From: Octopus sinensis
Lineage: Eukaryota
Assembly: GCF_006345805.1 (NCBI RefSeq)
Contig: NW_021836330.1
Location: 1-25,612 of the forward strand
Length of the DNA stretch: 25,612 bases
Direction: 5' to 3'
Below are positions 1 through 13,169 of the stretch, piece after piece. A program made the position numbers and the translations under genes. The number at the start of each line of letters is the position of its first letter. The stretch's first letter is position 1. The notes beneath the pieces were generated by a model. It was not told where the DNA came from. It ran no database searches and saw only the letters and a list, made by a program, of their open reading frames with translations.

Positions 1-77
1 GATGACGTTTTTTGTTGCTTTCGTTTATGAGGTTATCGTTTTTGTATTTTAACCCTTTGCCCTCCGTCATCATTCAG

Positions 78-140
78 ACCTTTGAAGAAAGGCGTTCTTT
101 TTATGGCCATTTTGATATTTCATTTCGAGCGTACCTAAAG
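78..140 (+). CDS. Candidate internal coding exon of an unidentified host gene (TFEERRSFYGHFDISFRAYLK), phase 0-0
   Basis: Upstream pyrimidine-rich tract with a possible branch site (ttttaaccctttgccctccgtcatcattcag|), and donor AAG|gtacgt at 141. Length 63 nt. Only the phase-0 frame is open; the other two contain stops. Product not recognised. Confidence 0.5.
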
Positions 141-984
141 GTACGTCTTCTTTTTCTTTAACACAGTGATATGTGATTTCAGCTTGTTTTTGGCAAATTT
201 ATTTTGCAATATCATTCCAATTTATTGTGGGGACCACTTTGGATTCCTTATGGATTTTGTGTTCTGCTGTAGGCCTAGATAAATTAGGCACATGCAAAAT
301 AAATCTAGAGCCCTATGTTTCAGAAATGAGTCAGTAGTTAAAGTCACAACAATGCTTTCTTTGAAACAACAAAAAGACATCTACTTGGTTCCTTGATATG
401 CTAGTTATAACAGCCAATTGCTCAGAAAATCTCAATTTGGTGTTTTGAAATAACAAAATTGCAAGAACACATTGACAAATGTATTCTTAGATACGCTACA
501 CCGAACCCTGCCAAAGTAGAAAAAGATCCTTCTGTTTGAAAAAAAGTCCTTAAATACGTAGAAGAGTAGAACTTACAACATACTTGAAAAAAAAAATGAG
601 ATAAAAATATTTCTGGCCCACTACAGCTTCCAGCTTTGAACCTCATTCGATGTTTGGTAATTCTGAAATTTTACATTTAGCATGAGGTTTTTGGCGGAGG
701 AGGTTTAGTTTATGAGATTTCATTTAAAGACGTGAATCAGGTCCCTGTTTGGTGAGATTTCTCTTCTCCCGTTCAATATTGGAAGTAATGAATTCCAAAC
801 TGAACTATTATGAAATGTAAACAAGAATATAAAATTCAAAAGATAAATCTTTTAATGTCTTCACACCAAAATGGTGTCGTTGATCTGATCGGGATTTCGA
901 ATCCGAAACTTCAAACATTGACATCTTCCATCTCACTTTTTGATATAGCGGTTTGCTGACAGGGTCCTTAAGAAAGAAGTTTAG

Positions 985-1085
985 GGTATCCTTTGGTGTC
1001 TTGTCCGGGTTTCTCTGTTCTGAGTTCAAATTACACTGAAGCCAAAATTATCCAGGAAATCTTCAGGGTTCATAAGTACAGAAGT
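985..1085 (+). mobile_element. Decayed fragment of the tRNA-derived SINE family also seen at 3072-3828 and 7636-7819
   Basis: gttctgagttcaaatt at 1017-1032 is the exact reverse complement of aatttgaactcagaac in the copies at about 3192 and 3498, and contains a B-box-like GAGTTCAAAT. Boundaries approximate. Confidence 0.45.
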
Positions 1086-1087
1086 CA

Positions 1088-1345
1088 ATTCTCTCTTTCT
1101 TACTCTCCTTCTCTCTCTCTCTCCCACTCATACTCGCTTACTCTTATTCTCATCTCTCTCTCATTCCTGTTCACCCTCTCTCTAATTCACTCCCATCCTT
1201 TCTCTCTATCTCTTAAACCATACAACTCCCACTCGCACCGTGTCTCGCTCTTATTCCCATCTGCTCGCAAACTCTCTCCTACCCTTCTCTTTCTCACCTT
1301 TTAGAACTTTCCCTCTCATCCTCTCTCTCTCTCTCCCTCTCTCTG
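1088..1345. repeat. Degenerate (CT)n pyrimidine-rich low-complexity tract
   Basis: Direct inspection. Explains ORF 993..1304. Confidence 0.85.
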
Positions 1346-1943
1346 ACTGGACCACGTTGAAATTGTCATAGGGAAATGTATGTACTTGGCGCAACCACCA
1401 ATACTTAAAATCTTCTGTGGCCCTCAGTCGAGCCCAATCGTATTCAACATTGATTTCGATTTAATTTCCAAACTTGATTCCTAATCTTTATACAACACTA
1501 GACATTTCTGCTGATGGGTCACTTTTGTACGGTTCAATCGATCTTTCCATATTAGTGGTACACACACACACACACACACAAACACACGTGCACACACACA
1601 AACATACACATGCATATATATATAATTGAACAAGTTTGGAGTCAACAAATCTGAATGAAGGTAGACTAGCTTTATGCTGTACTCTGCGACGTTCTTGACA
1701 GAATATGCCATAACTATATATATGTATACGCGCACACGCACGCATACACACACATACACACACATACACACACATATAGATATATACACACATGTATATT
1801 TGACTCAGACATAATGAAAGGTTTCATTCTAGCGCAATTTGTACTTAAGACACGAAATATACAAAAACATAGCCTCGTATAGTTGCAGCAACACTTCTAG
1901 AAGCAGTTCTTCTAACTCCACCTTTTGTTTCCTTTTTACACAG

Positions 1944-2102
1944 CTGTTTCAAGAGGGGACGACCTAGTTGGTGACATCGACTCTAACACTAGACTATTAC
2001 ATAATTTTATTTTGTCGACTCTGAAGTGATGTAACGAATTGTTGATCCGAGCATAATTTGAATGTAAACGGTTGGATGAAATTCCTAGTCTCAGGTATTC
2101 AG
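1944..2102 (+). other. Candidate 159-nt exon with stop codons in all three frames (poison or non-coding exon)
   Basis: Strong acceptor ccttttgtttcctttttacacag| and strong donor CAG|gtgaga at 2103. Stops in every frame. Confidence 0.3.
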
Positions 2103-2539
2103 GTGAGATGCGTAAAGATTGTTGTCTCTGTTAAAACCCCAAGGAGAAAATACCTGAAAACCCTTACCCAAACACACTTTCATGAATAGTGGTCAGAGTA
2201 AATGGTTTCATGGGTGGATAAATATATTTGCATAACTGATTCTTCAAGCCGAGTCAAGGACATGAAAGGCTGGTCTAAAAAGGGATCAGTTGAACTCTAC
2301 CCACGGTCTCTGTTTGTGTCGTTTGGCAATCTCTTTGCAAAGTGTAATGACGGTCACGCCTGACAGAAGCCTGCAGAGGAGGTGCCTGAGGACTCTACCT
2401 TTATGGCCTTCCAGGGAATAGTGGGATGGGGAAGATCGATGATAGATGGCAGGATTTAAACAATTGGAAGAATTACTACAAGTTATTTCATCCGATGCTC
2501 CACCGATCCGTCTAATCCACTTAGCAATGAAAACATTAA

Positions 2540-3050
2540 TATCGTAATTCTAAGACTAGAGAAACCAAATGTAATAACTAAATCATAATCGATAATTCGA
2601 TTTACTGATAATAACCAATAATACTAGTTAATAATATAAATTAATATTATTAGTAGTTGTAATAGAACAAAAATGTATAGTACATGTATTACTAACAAAA
2701 CATTTAAACTAATTAATAATAAGAATGATTAACAGTTGATATCAAAACTACTCAGCGATATTAGTAAGTAAAACGAATCAATAAACCTAATCAATAAAAT
2801 TTATTATTGACACTGATTAGAAATAAAAATTAATTATAATCATTGACAGATTATCAATTCTAATTCTAATTATTAATATTATTACTATAATCATTATTAT
2901 TATTATTGTTGTTGTTGCTGTTATCAACGATATACATTGTTAATACTAGATGTAAAACTAATTAGTATTTGTGTTATACTAATCAGTTATAGTAATCAAT
3001 GATATTAATTATTAAATCAGTTTATGAAATCTACACCGTAGTTCTTAAAA
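2540..3050. repeat. Very AT-rich degenerate (AAT/ATT)n low-complexity region
   Basis: Direct inspection. Confidence 0.75.
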
Positions 3051-3071
3051 GTAAAACTTCTGAGTGGTATC

Positions 3072-3284
3072 GGTTTCAGATTTTTGTACAAGGCCGGCAA
3101 TTTTGGGAGGAAGTGGTGGCGGTGGGGGGGGGGGGCTAATCGATTAAATCACCCCAGAGCTGGACTGTTGCTTGTTGTATTGACATCGAAAGAATTAGTC
3201 AACTTCAAAGGAATTTGAACTCAGAACGTAAAGGTTGACGAAATATATCGCCCTACGTTCTAATGATTCGGCCAGCTCGCCGTC

Positions 3285-3286
<2 letters not shown>
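3072..3286 (-). mobile_element. tRNA-derived SINE, copy 1 of a tandem trio
   Basis: On the minus strand it begins aagacggcgagctggccgaatcattag (A-box-like) and carries gttctgagttcaaattcc (B-box-like). Aligns by eye with 3369-3583, 3617-3828 and 7636-7819. Confidence 0.85.
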
Positions 3287-3326
<40 letters not shown>

Positions 3327-3368
3327 TAATAATAATAATAATATAAAATAATTATAATAATAATAATA
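3287..3368. repeat. (TAA)n microsatellite between SINE copies, likely the (ATT)n tail of copy 2
   Basis: Direct inspection. Confidence 0.9.
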
Positions 3369-3583
3369 CTTCTTTCGACTAAGGACACAGGGTCTGGAAT
3401 CTGGGGAAGGGAATAGTGGGTCACATCATTCTCAGTACTCAACTCGTACTTATTTTATCGACACCGAAAGGATGAATGGCAAATGTCGACCTTAAAGGAA
3501 TTTGAACTCAGAACGTGAAGACCGGCGAAATACTGCCTCGCACTTCGCCTGGCGTGCTAACAACTCTGCCAGATCACCTCCTT
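3369..3583 (-). mobile_element. tRNA-derived SINE, copy 2
   Basis: Shares aatttgaactcagaacgt, tacttattttatcgac, gaaaggatgaa and ggcgtgctaac..ctctgccag with the neighbouring copies. Confidence 0.9.
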
Positions 3584-3616
3584 AATAACAACAACAACAA
3601 CAACAATAATAATAAT

Positions 3617-3828
3617 CCTTTCTACTAAAGCCACAAGGCCTTGAAGTTTTGGGGGAGGGGTACTAGTCGATTGCATCGAGCGCAGTGTTCCACTGGTACC
3701 TAATTTATCGATCCCGAAAGAATTAAAGGTGATCTCGATGGAAATTGAACTCGGAACGTAAATGGCCGGACAGAATGCCGCGAAGCATTTTGTCCGGCAA
3801 GCTAATTTTTCTGCCAGCCTGCCGCTTT
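3617..3828 (-). mobile_element. tRNA-derived SINE, copy 3
   Basis: Shares cacaaggcc..ttttgggggagggg, gtcgattgcatcga, tttatcgatcccgaaag, ttgaactcggaacgta and ctgccagcctgccgc with the other copies. Separated from copy 2 by (CAA/TAA)n. Confidence 0.9.
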
Positions 3829-3860
3829 AACTACTCCGTAATATTCCTACGTGGTTACAA

Positions 3861-3990
3861 GACCTGCTAGAAAGAGTCACAGTAGTCTTTGAGAAGGAAC
3901 GAAGGACAGGACGGGTAAGGCCAGTGTGGACACTGCCTGGATTAGTTGGAAGGTGACGGTTAGAATGTGGAAGATCGTAGGATCTGATCT
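3861..3990 (+). mobile_element. Decayed short interspersed repeat, second family, copy A
   Basis: Motif pair gacctgctagaaa ... ggtgacggttagaatg, about 90 nt apart, recurs at 4571/4667, 4776/4865 and 7021/7157. Confidence 0.45.
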
Positions 3991-4017
3991 TTCAGGTGTA
4001 ACTTCGTTCCAAATGTG

Positions 4018-4525
4018 ACCACCACCACCACCAACACAACAGCAACGACACTACTGTCACCACAACTACTATAGTAGACAATAACATCATCATCATCATC
4101 ATCAACACCATCATCATCAACACCATCATCAACACCATCATCATTCATCATCATCATCATCTCATCATCATCATCATCACCATCATCATCGTCATCATCG
4201 TCATCATCTTCATAAACATCATCACGATGAAAGCCAACGACATACCATTTACTATTGCCATCTCCCCCACCATCTGTACAGTTTTCACCATCATCCTCAT
4301 CCTCATCCTCATCCTCATCATCATCATCATAAGCGTCGTCATCATCACCGCTGCCAACAGTATCATCATCGTTAGCACTACTACGACGTTCACCGACAAC
4401 ATCACCACGACCACCACGACGGCCACCACCACCATCAATGGGACTATCACCACCAACCCCAACACCGCCCTCACCGTCATCACTAACTCATTACCACCAC
4501 CGCCACACAGACACACACACACCAC
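4018..4525. repeat. Compound (CAT)n/(CAC)n trinucleotide low-complexity tract
   Basis: Direct inspection. Explains ORFs in 3960-4547. Confidence 0.9.
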
Positions 4526-4559
4526 CACTCAAAACACAAATATATGAGCCTCTAAACGG

Positions 4560-4730
4560 TCGTTCGAAATGCTAGAAATAGCGACCAAATACACCTACAA
4601 ATCAATTTCTACAATCTATCGATAGTTTACAAAATGTAAAGCAATATAAAAATATTCAGCTTGGAATGTCACGGCTGGTATTTTCTGTGCAGTCAGGGAT
4701 CATCCGGGGCCGGACATCTCTGTTTACAAC
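4560..4730 (+). mobile_element. Short interspersed repeat, second family, copy B
   Basis: gctagaaatagcgaccaaat ... tgtcacggctgg ... cagggatcatccggggc. Resembles an Octopus interspersed repeat as I recall it; unverified. Confidence 0.55.
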
Positions 4731-4764
4731 TAATTATAAATAACGAGGAAGGATATTGGGGGAA

Positions 4765-4925
4765 GAATCGAGGCTGCTAGAAATGGTAGCCAAGTTACTA
4801 TTAACTTGCCTTCAAAAAGTCGAACACGTTGTAAAATGAACGCTTGGGCATACCATGTCAGGGTGGTCACGGATGAAACAACTGTGCTATTAGGTCTATT
4901 CGGACGGGGAAATAATTAGGGTAAA
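4765..4925 (+). mobile_element. Short interspersed repeat, second family, copy C (tandem to copy B)
   Basis: ctgctagaaatggtagccaa ... gggtggtcacggatgaa ... taggtcta. Confidence 0.5.
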
Positions 4926-5159
4926 TTGGAGGCATGTTACGATGGACGACACATACCACACATGCACGCGCTCACGCAAATTCACACACACAGACGCATA
5001 AACACACAAGCACACTATTGCATACGGTCTCACACGCATCTACACACACATCCACCCACTTACAGGGCTATATACGAATATGTGTATGTGTATGTGTATA
5101 TATGTGTGTGAGCCTATATTCGTGAGAGTGTGTATGTTTACATCACACGTTTATACACA

Positions 5160-5211
5160 AACGCTTGTATACACGAAAGCATGTATACACGTATGTAAGT
5201 ATACACGTATG

Positions 5212-5277
<66 letters not shown>

Positions 5278-5415
5278 CATACTATATATCTATCTATTTA
5301 TCTATCTCTCTATCTATATCTGTATCTGTATCTATACGCACACACACACACACCACACACATATATATATATATATATAAGGAGAGAGAGAGAGAGGATA
5401 GATAGATAGGTAGAC

Positions 5416-5452
<37 letters not shown>

Positions 5453-5504
5453 TTAGACAGACAGACAGAAAGACAGACGGAGAGATAGATAGAAAGACAG
5501 ACAT

Positions 5505-5537
<33 letters not shown>

Positions 5538-5538
5538 C

Positions 5539-5593
<55 letters not shown>

Positions 5594-5690
5594 AAATAGA
5601 TAGATATATAGATAGATAGATAGAGAGATAGATAGATATATAGATAGATAGATAGAGAGATAGATAGATAGACAGATAGATTGGTATACC
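5160..5690. repeat. Compound (TA)n-(TG)n-(TATC)n-(CA)n-(GATA)n microsatellite block
   Basis: Direct inspection. Long (GATA)n from about 5397 to 5680. Confidence 0.95.
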
Positions 5691-5973
5691 TGTAAAAGCA
5701 TCCAACGATGCATACCTAAATAGTTCCATTTTTGTTTGAAGCTTAATATTACCTGTAACACACACACTCACACATACACACACATACACTCACACACCTA
5801 CACACGTATGGCGATATACGCTTTCCTACACAAGCAGACACACACGCGCGTATACACTTTTCATGTGGCGAAACGAGTGTCCATATTTTCATGTACGCTT
5901 GTAAAAAAGCGTGCTCGCACACGCACGCTTCTGTGCGTCAGTGCTTGGAAGTATGTGTATGTAGGTGTGCTCG

Positions 5974-6014
<41 letters not shown>

Positions 6015-6237
6015 TTTGTGTTAGAAACCTGGATAATGATTATTTCTATTGGGCCAATTAATGGCATATATTGGCCAGTACATGTGTACATGTATAAGGA
6101 TGCATGACCGTATTTATTCATGCATGTGTCTATGTAGAAGAAATGTAGATATGAATACATGTTAGTATGGATGTATGTCCGAGAGCATGTATGTCTGTGT
6201 GTACCTATAATTGTGTATATTCGTTGGTTGTAATATG

Positions 6238-6255
6238 GTCTCTCTCTCTCTCTCG

Positions 6256-6294
<39 letters not shown>

Positions 6295-6403
6295 CTATAT
6301 ACTATCCTATATATAGCTACTGCCTATTCTTCTATCTACTCTCTTTTGCCATTCTTTCTCTTCTTCTCTCCATCTCTCTATTATATATCTATATATCTAT
6401 CTC

Positions 6404-6464
<61 letters not shown>

Positions 6465-6562
6465 GTCTATCTGACTGTTTGTCTGTCTATTTATCTGTCT
6501 ATGTATGTATGTATGTATGTATCTATCTGATTATCTGTCAATATATATATATATATATATCT

Positions 6563-6595
<33 letters not shown>

Positions 6596-6665
6596 TATAT
6601 ATTATATATATATATATATATATAGTATATATATATATATATATATAGATATATATATAAATATA
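6238..6665. repeat. Compound (CT)n-(TA)n-(CTAT)n-(TA)n microsatellite block
   Basis: Direct inspection. Confidence 0.9.
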
Positions 6666-7014
6666 CACATATAAGCCACAAGAAAATACGAACACACATA
6701 CATATATACAATTATACTTCGACGTACAGTGCACATGTTCGCATACATAAATAATTAAATATATGTAGTTTACATATATGATATCCATCTATCGTCGTTT
6801 TCCAATACACGATCACACACACATACATAGATAAACACACACGCACACACATACATTCCTATACACACAGGTATATACACATGCATGTAATATATCTATA
6901 TGTATACACATATGTATTGTGTGTTCATGAGTGCGTTTGTGTGACTGTGCTTGTGTAGGCGCGCTCGTGTCCATATTATTGTAGTATACACGAAGACAGT
7001 CCGAGACCGGAGCC

Positions 7015-7215
7015 ATTGATTGCTAGGAATAGCAACCAAAATCTCTTCGTATAAAGCCCAACTGTCTTAAAGTTTATATACTTGGCCCCTTTTAAGGGGC
7101 TCATGTTGCACTATGCTGTGATAGATTGTTTGTGCATCATAGGACACATGCAGTGTGGTCATATCTGGAATGGTCAAGAACATACAGATACCCGTGTGGC
7201 TAAAGAGCAATAGCA
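7015..7215 (+). mobile_element. Short interspersed repeat, second family, copy D
   Basis: tgctaggaatagcaaccaaaatctc ... actgtcttaaa ... gtggtcatatctggaatg ... ggctaaag. Confidence 0.5.
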
Positions 7216-7635
7216 CGACACCACTCATGAACACGCACTGTGCTAGAAGTAATGCACAAAAAAATCCCTCAACGCGGAAACGCAAGGGACATCGAGAGAG
7301 AGAAGAGAGACAGAGGGACAGAGAAATAGAGATAGACCAACGGGACTATGAGAGGAAGATCTCTTAGTCAAATACCCGGGGTTAGCAAGAATGAAAACAG
7401 ATCAATGACTGTAGGTGGTACAAAAGACCCAACGAAGTTGCAGTCCACGCACGAAGATACACACACACGAACGTAAACACTTGCACTGCAGAGATATGGA
7501 ACATTAAACATAGTGAAACATGTAAACTACAGGAGTTCGCATAAAAGCCACGCAGCTATTTAGACTCGGAGAGTGACACAGACGCACATGAACTGCCATA
7601 AACACATCACACATTGGCACAGATGTGTTCTCACC

Positions 7636-7819
7636 TATTTCTTTACTACCCACAAGGGGCTAAACATAGAGGAGACAAACAAGGACAGACATAGGTATTA
7701 AGTCGATTACATCGACCCCCAGTGCGTAACTGGTACTTAATTTATCTACACTGGAAGGATGAAAGGCAAAGCCGACCTCGGCGGAATTCGAACTCACAAC
7801 GTAACGACAGACGAAATAC
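7636..7819 (-). mobile_element. tRNA-derived SINE of the same family as the trio, with a different 3' end and the 5' head missing
   Basis: aagtcgattacatcgacccccagtgcgtaactggtacttaattta..gaaggatgaaaggcaaagccgacctcggcggaattcgaactcacaacgtaa aligns with copies 1-3. Confidence 0.9.
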
Positions 7820-7839
7820 GTATGGACGATAGAATGAAT

Positions 7840-8110
7840 GACATATATATATATATATAATATATATATATATAATATATATATTATGTATGTATGTATA
7901 TATATCACATATCTGTGTGTGTATATGTATATATATATATATAATATATCTATGCATGTTTGTATATATATATATTATATATATAATATATATATATACA
8001 TATATCTGTGTGTGTATCTGTATGTAAATATATCTATATATGTATGTATGTATATCTGTGCGTGTATGTATATATATATATGTACATAATATGTGTATAA
8101 GTGTCTATAT
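7840..8110. repeat. (TA)n/(TATG)n low-complexity tract
   Basis: Direct inspection. Confidence 0.85.
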
Positions 8111-8272
8111 ACATATGTATGTCACTATTGCTGTTACTCCCTCTCACTATCTCTCCTTCTCTCTCTATATATACATGTGTTTGTGTGTTTTTGTGTATAT
8201 GTGTGTGTGTAGATGCACAGAGACATACAGACACACTTGTACTTACATTCGCATCGCATACGTTTACACATT

Positions 8273-8308
<36 letters not shown>

Positions 8309-8449
8309 ACTCACATACACTCACATACACAGCACACACGCACATGCACACGCGAACGTACATTCTCAATCTCTCATGCAAACACGAAAATGCGTTTCCA
8401 GTCAATAATGCTGAAACTCATAATATTCCGATGATGTCAGTAGAAAGTC

Positions 8450-8865
<416 letters not shown>

Positions 8866-9012
8866 TGACACAAGGCCACAAGAGCTCGTATGAAGACTCG
8901 GGTTGGTGGGTGGCGATTGAGGATTAATCGATATATATTTATATATCTGTATATATGTATATATGTGTGTGTGTATATATATAAATGTATATCCATACGC
9001 ATACACACACAT

Positions 9013-9068
<56 letters not shown>

Positions 9069-9279
9069 GCTCGTGTATGCATGTATGTATGCATATACAC
9101 AGGCACAGAAACATATGTAAATAGAATCTATTTATCTATCGACAGGTAGTTGGGTAAAATAGGTAGATAGATACAGAGATACAGAGAAAGGGGAGTCTGA
9201 GAGAGGGGAAGAGAGAGAGAGAGAGAGAAGAAAAGAAAAGTACAGAGGCAGGCAGACAGATAGAAAGATAGCTAAGTAG

Positions 9280-9293
9280 GTAGGCAGATATGC

Positions 9294-9344
<51 letters not shown>

Positions 9345-9523
9345 GAGAGAGATAAATGGATAGATAGATAGATAGATATATAGATATACATACAACATAC
9401 ATACATACATAGATGGACAGATATATATATATAGATAGATAGATTGATAGATAGATAGATAGATAGATAGATATAGATAGATAGATAGATAGATACATAC
9501 ATAGATGGACATATATATATAAT

Positions 9524-9573
<50 letters not shown>

Positions 9574-9655
9574 TAGATAGATGATAGAAGATAGATAGAT
9601 GATAGTAGATAGATAGATAGATAGATATAGATAGATAGATGGATGGATGGATAGA
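9280..9655. repeat. (TA)n followed by (GATA)n microsatellite
   Basis: Direct inspection. Confidence 0.95.
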
Positions 9656-10236
9656 AATATTTCTAAAGTAATAATTAGATTTTTAGTGTACGTTTGTAAA
9701 TATGTGGTGTATTAATTAAGCACAAGGGAGAATTACTGTTGCAGAGTTCGCGTTTAGCAACATAAACTTTACTGAATGAAATGGTGTGTGTGTGTGTTTG
9801 TGTGTGGGGAGACGAACTGAAATTACATAAACACACACATATATAGTCACATATATACAAACACACACACACACACACCGACTCCAAACGCACTCATATA
9901 CATAGACACACAAGCACACATGTGGAAGACATATATGCTTGTATGTGTGTACTCGCGCGTGTGAAGGAATCGAATCTATGCCATCTTTCCACCTATCTAT
10001 CTACCTATCGATCTATCTGTCTGACTGACTGTTTGTAGGTATGTCTGTCTGGCTGCCTGTCTGGCTGTCTGTCTGTCTATATATCAGCTAGATCGCTTTC
10101 ACTCTCACATTCTCACTCTCTCTCTCTCTCTCGTCCCTTTTCTCTCTATCTTTCTCCCTTTCTCAACATCTTTCTATCTGTCTGTCTCTCTGTCTGTCTG
10201 GCTGTATGTATATTTCTCTCTCTCTCTCTCTCGCTC

Positions 10237-10287
<51 letters not shown>

Positions 10288-10502
10288 CTCTATCTATCTA
10301 TCTATATCTATATATAATGAGAAAGTATCTCTAAAAACATATGCATAAACAAAATTACGTACATAACCACACATATACAATATGTGCATAATAATAATCA
10401 TATACATACATTTGTATACAGAGATACACATGCATATCTATACACACACACACACATATATATATATATGTATGTGTGTATGTATGTATATTCATTAAGT
10501 AT

Positions 10503-10556
10503 ATATCATCATCATCATTTAACGTCGTTTTTCCACGCCAGCATGGTTGGACTACC
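10503..10556 (-). mobile_element. Very short 3'-end fragment of a retroposon with a (TGA)n tail
   Basis: atcatcatcatcatttaacgtcgtttttccacgccagcatggttggac resembles the reverse-complemented 3' end of an abundant Octopus retroposon as I recall it; unverified. Confidence 0.45.
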
Positions 10557-10557
10557 C

Positions 10558-10608
<51 letters not shown>

Positions 10609-10660
10609 ATATATATATATAAATATATAATATATATATATATCTATATTATATATATAT

Positions 10661-10735
<75 letters not shown>

Positions 10736-10883
10736 TACTTATGTAATATACATATATATACATATACATTGTATATATACATACTTTCAAGCATGGATAT
10801 GATTACAGGTACATATACACGATACATGTATGTGTAATATGAAATGTGTACACGCATTCGTATACATGCATGCCAACATTTAT

Positions 10884-10974
<91 letters not shown>

Positions 10975-10985
10975 ATATATTATGT
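10558..10985. repeat. (TA)n and (CA)n microsatellites
   Basis: Direct inspection. Confidence 0.9.
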
Positions 10986-11129
10986 ATATCTGCATACATA
11001 TACATACGTACAGGCACACGGATACATATAGATGTAATGTAGATAGGTAGAAAAATGTGGAGCATAGCGAGCGAGACGTGTTCAAATCCATCCGATGCAC
11101 ATACACGCGCATGTATACTCACACACACA

Positions 11130-11164
<35 letters not shown>

Positions 11165-12090
11165 GCACGCACGCAGAAACATGCATACACGTGCAGAAGT
11201 ATCATAACCGGTAAAAAGGTAACGAAATTATCAGTGTAATATTAGCTCTCCGGAAAATTGGATTTATTTGTATATATAAATTTTTACGAGTTTTAATAAG
11301 AAGAAAGATTAATTACGGTAATAATAACCGCCATAATGGCAGTAATATTGTTATTATTTAATATTATTAACAAGAATCCTAATAATCTTAATTTGGTTGG
11401 TTAGGAAGAAAAAAATAATTAGAATGTAAAAAGAAGAATATTAACTCTTTGACTTACCTTGAAGGGAGCACATTTTTAGAGTTAAAAAAATATTTTATAT
11501 ACATTGATATATATATATATGTACATATATATACATATATATATTCGTATATATATGTATATATATGTATGTATATATATATATATATCTTTAGCAATAC
11601 GCTTGAGTAATATATTCACAGATATCGTGGTAAATATTAATCATTATTATTTTTTTTTGCAACTTGTTGTTGTGTTTGTTGTTTGTTGTTTTTGTTGTTT
11701 TTGTTGTTTGTTGTTGTTGATGAATATGTTTGAAGGTGTTGGGGCGGGTGACGGTGGAAAAAGGGTTACAGGTGCGCCCTGCTGGGTGGGTAGATGGGGT
11801 GAGTGTGTGGAGGGTTTAATATGACGGTTTGCTGTTGTTTGTGTTGTGATGCGTCGGTGGGGTTGAGAAACCTCACTTAGGATTTTGCGCTCACTTTAGG
11901 TAAAAGATAATTATTTACAATTATACATATGTGTGTGGATGTATATGCGTGTTTGTATGCGAGATTATCCCTGTGTGGTGTTTGTGTGTGCGCGTTTGTC
12001 GATTCGCGCGTCGGGCTATATATGTATTATATATATATATATATATATATATAATAATATATATATATATATTATATATATATAGATATG

Positions 12091-12121
<31 letters not shown>

Positions 12122-12207
12122 GTATATGTATGTATATATATATGTATATATAGCTTTATGTATGTTTATATTTCTGTAGAAGTGTGTATACGTATATATT
12201 ACGTATG

Positions 12208-12240
<33 letters not shown>

Positions 12241-12349
12241 ATATAGTATGAATGAATATATGTGTATGTGTTTGGTTGTGTATGTGTGTGTATACGTAGT
12301 ATACCCTAATTACTGTTCTACAGGTTTGTGTACATTATTATTACTGACA

Positions 12350-12373
12350 GCAGCAGTAGTAGTAGTAGTAGTT

Positions 12374-12422
<49 letters not shown>
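12350..12422. repeat. (GTA)n microsatellite
   Basis: Direct inspection. Confidence 0.95.
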
Positions 12423-12424
<2 letters not shown>

Positions 12425-12865
12425 TTATATTCTCCGAGTAAGTAGTAAGTAAATAGACTCTCCTGCTATCGTTTGGTTTTGCTTATTGAGTCTCGAAAGT
12501 AAAAACTTTGTTATGACAAAAGGATGCAGAAATTTTTACTCCGATGCAATCGGTAAGCTTTTCAAAGCTCTCACTCCGTCTCTCTCGCTCTCTCCTTCCT
12601 CTCACTAGCTCTCCATCTCTCTGTCTCTGTTTAGTCTCTATCTGTCTCTTTTTCTCTCTTACTTTCTCTCTCTCCTATTCTCTCTTTTCATCTCTCTCTC
12701 TCACTCATACACACACATACACATCTGAGTTTCTCGTTCACTCAATCTCTCATTCTCAATCTCTCATTCATTCTATCTATCTCTCACTCCTCCTTGTTTC
12801 TCCTCCTCTCTCTTTTGCTCTCTCCATGTTTATCTATCTAGTTATCTATCTATCGAACGGTTCTG

Positions 12866-13169
<304 letters not shown>

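Noticed and set aside
422-646. EGSFSTL..YLR in the minus-strand ORF, resembling the hAT dimerisation motif
   Set aside because: Spacing is off by one residue and no other hAT motifs or terminal repeats were found. The 200-960 region remains unassigned.
2390-2437. Walker A-like peptide GLYLYGLPGNSGMGKI on +
   Set aside because: Lacks the S/T after GK, sits in a short stop-bounded frame, and has no Walker B. Consistent with chance.
6052-6076. ggccaat...attggcc inverted CCAAT pair
   Set aside because: Only 7-bp arms and no promoter context. Expected by chance.
11725-11905. G-rich patch with a GGGGCGGG box and a possible donor at about 11900
   Set aside because: No CpG-island or transcription-start evidence. 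It grades into (GTT)n/(GT)n low complexity.
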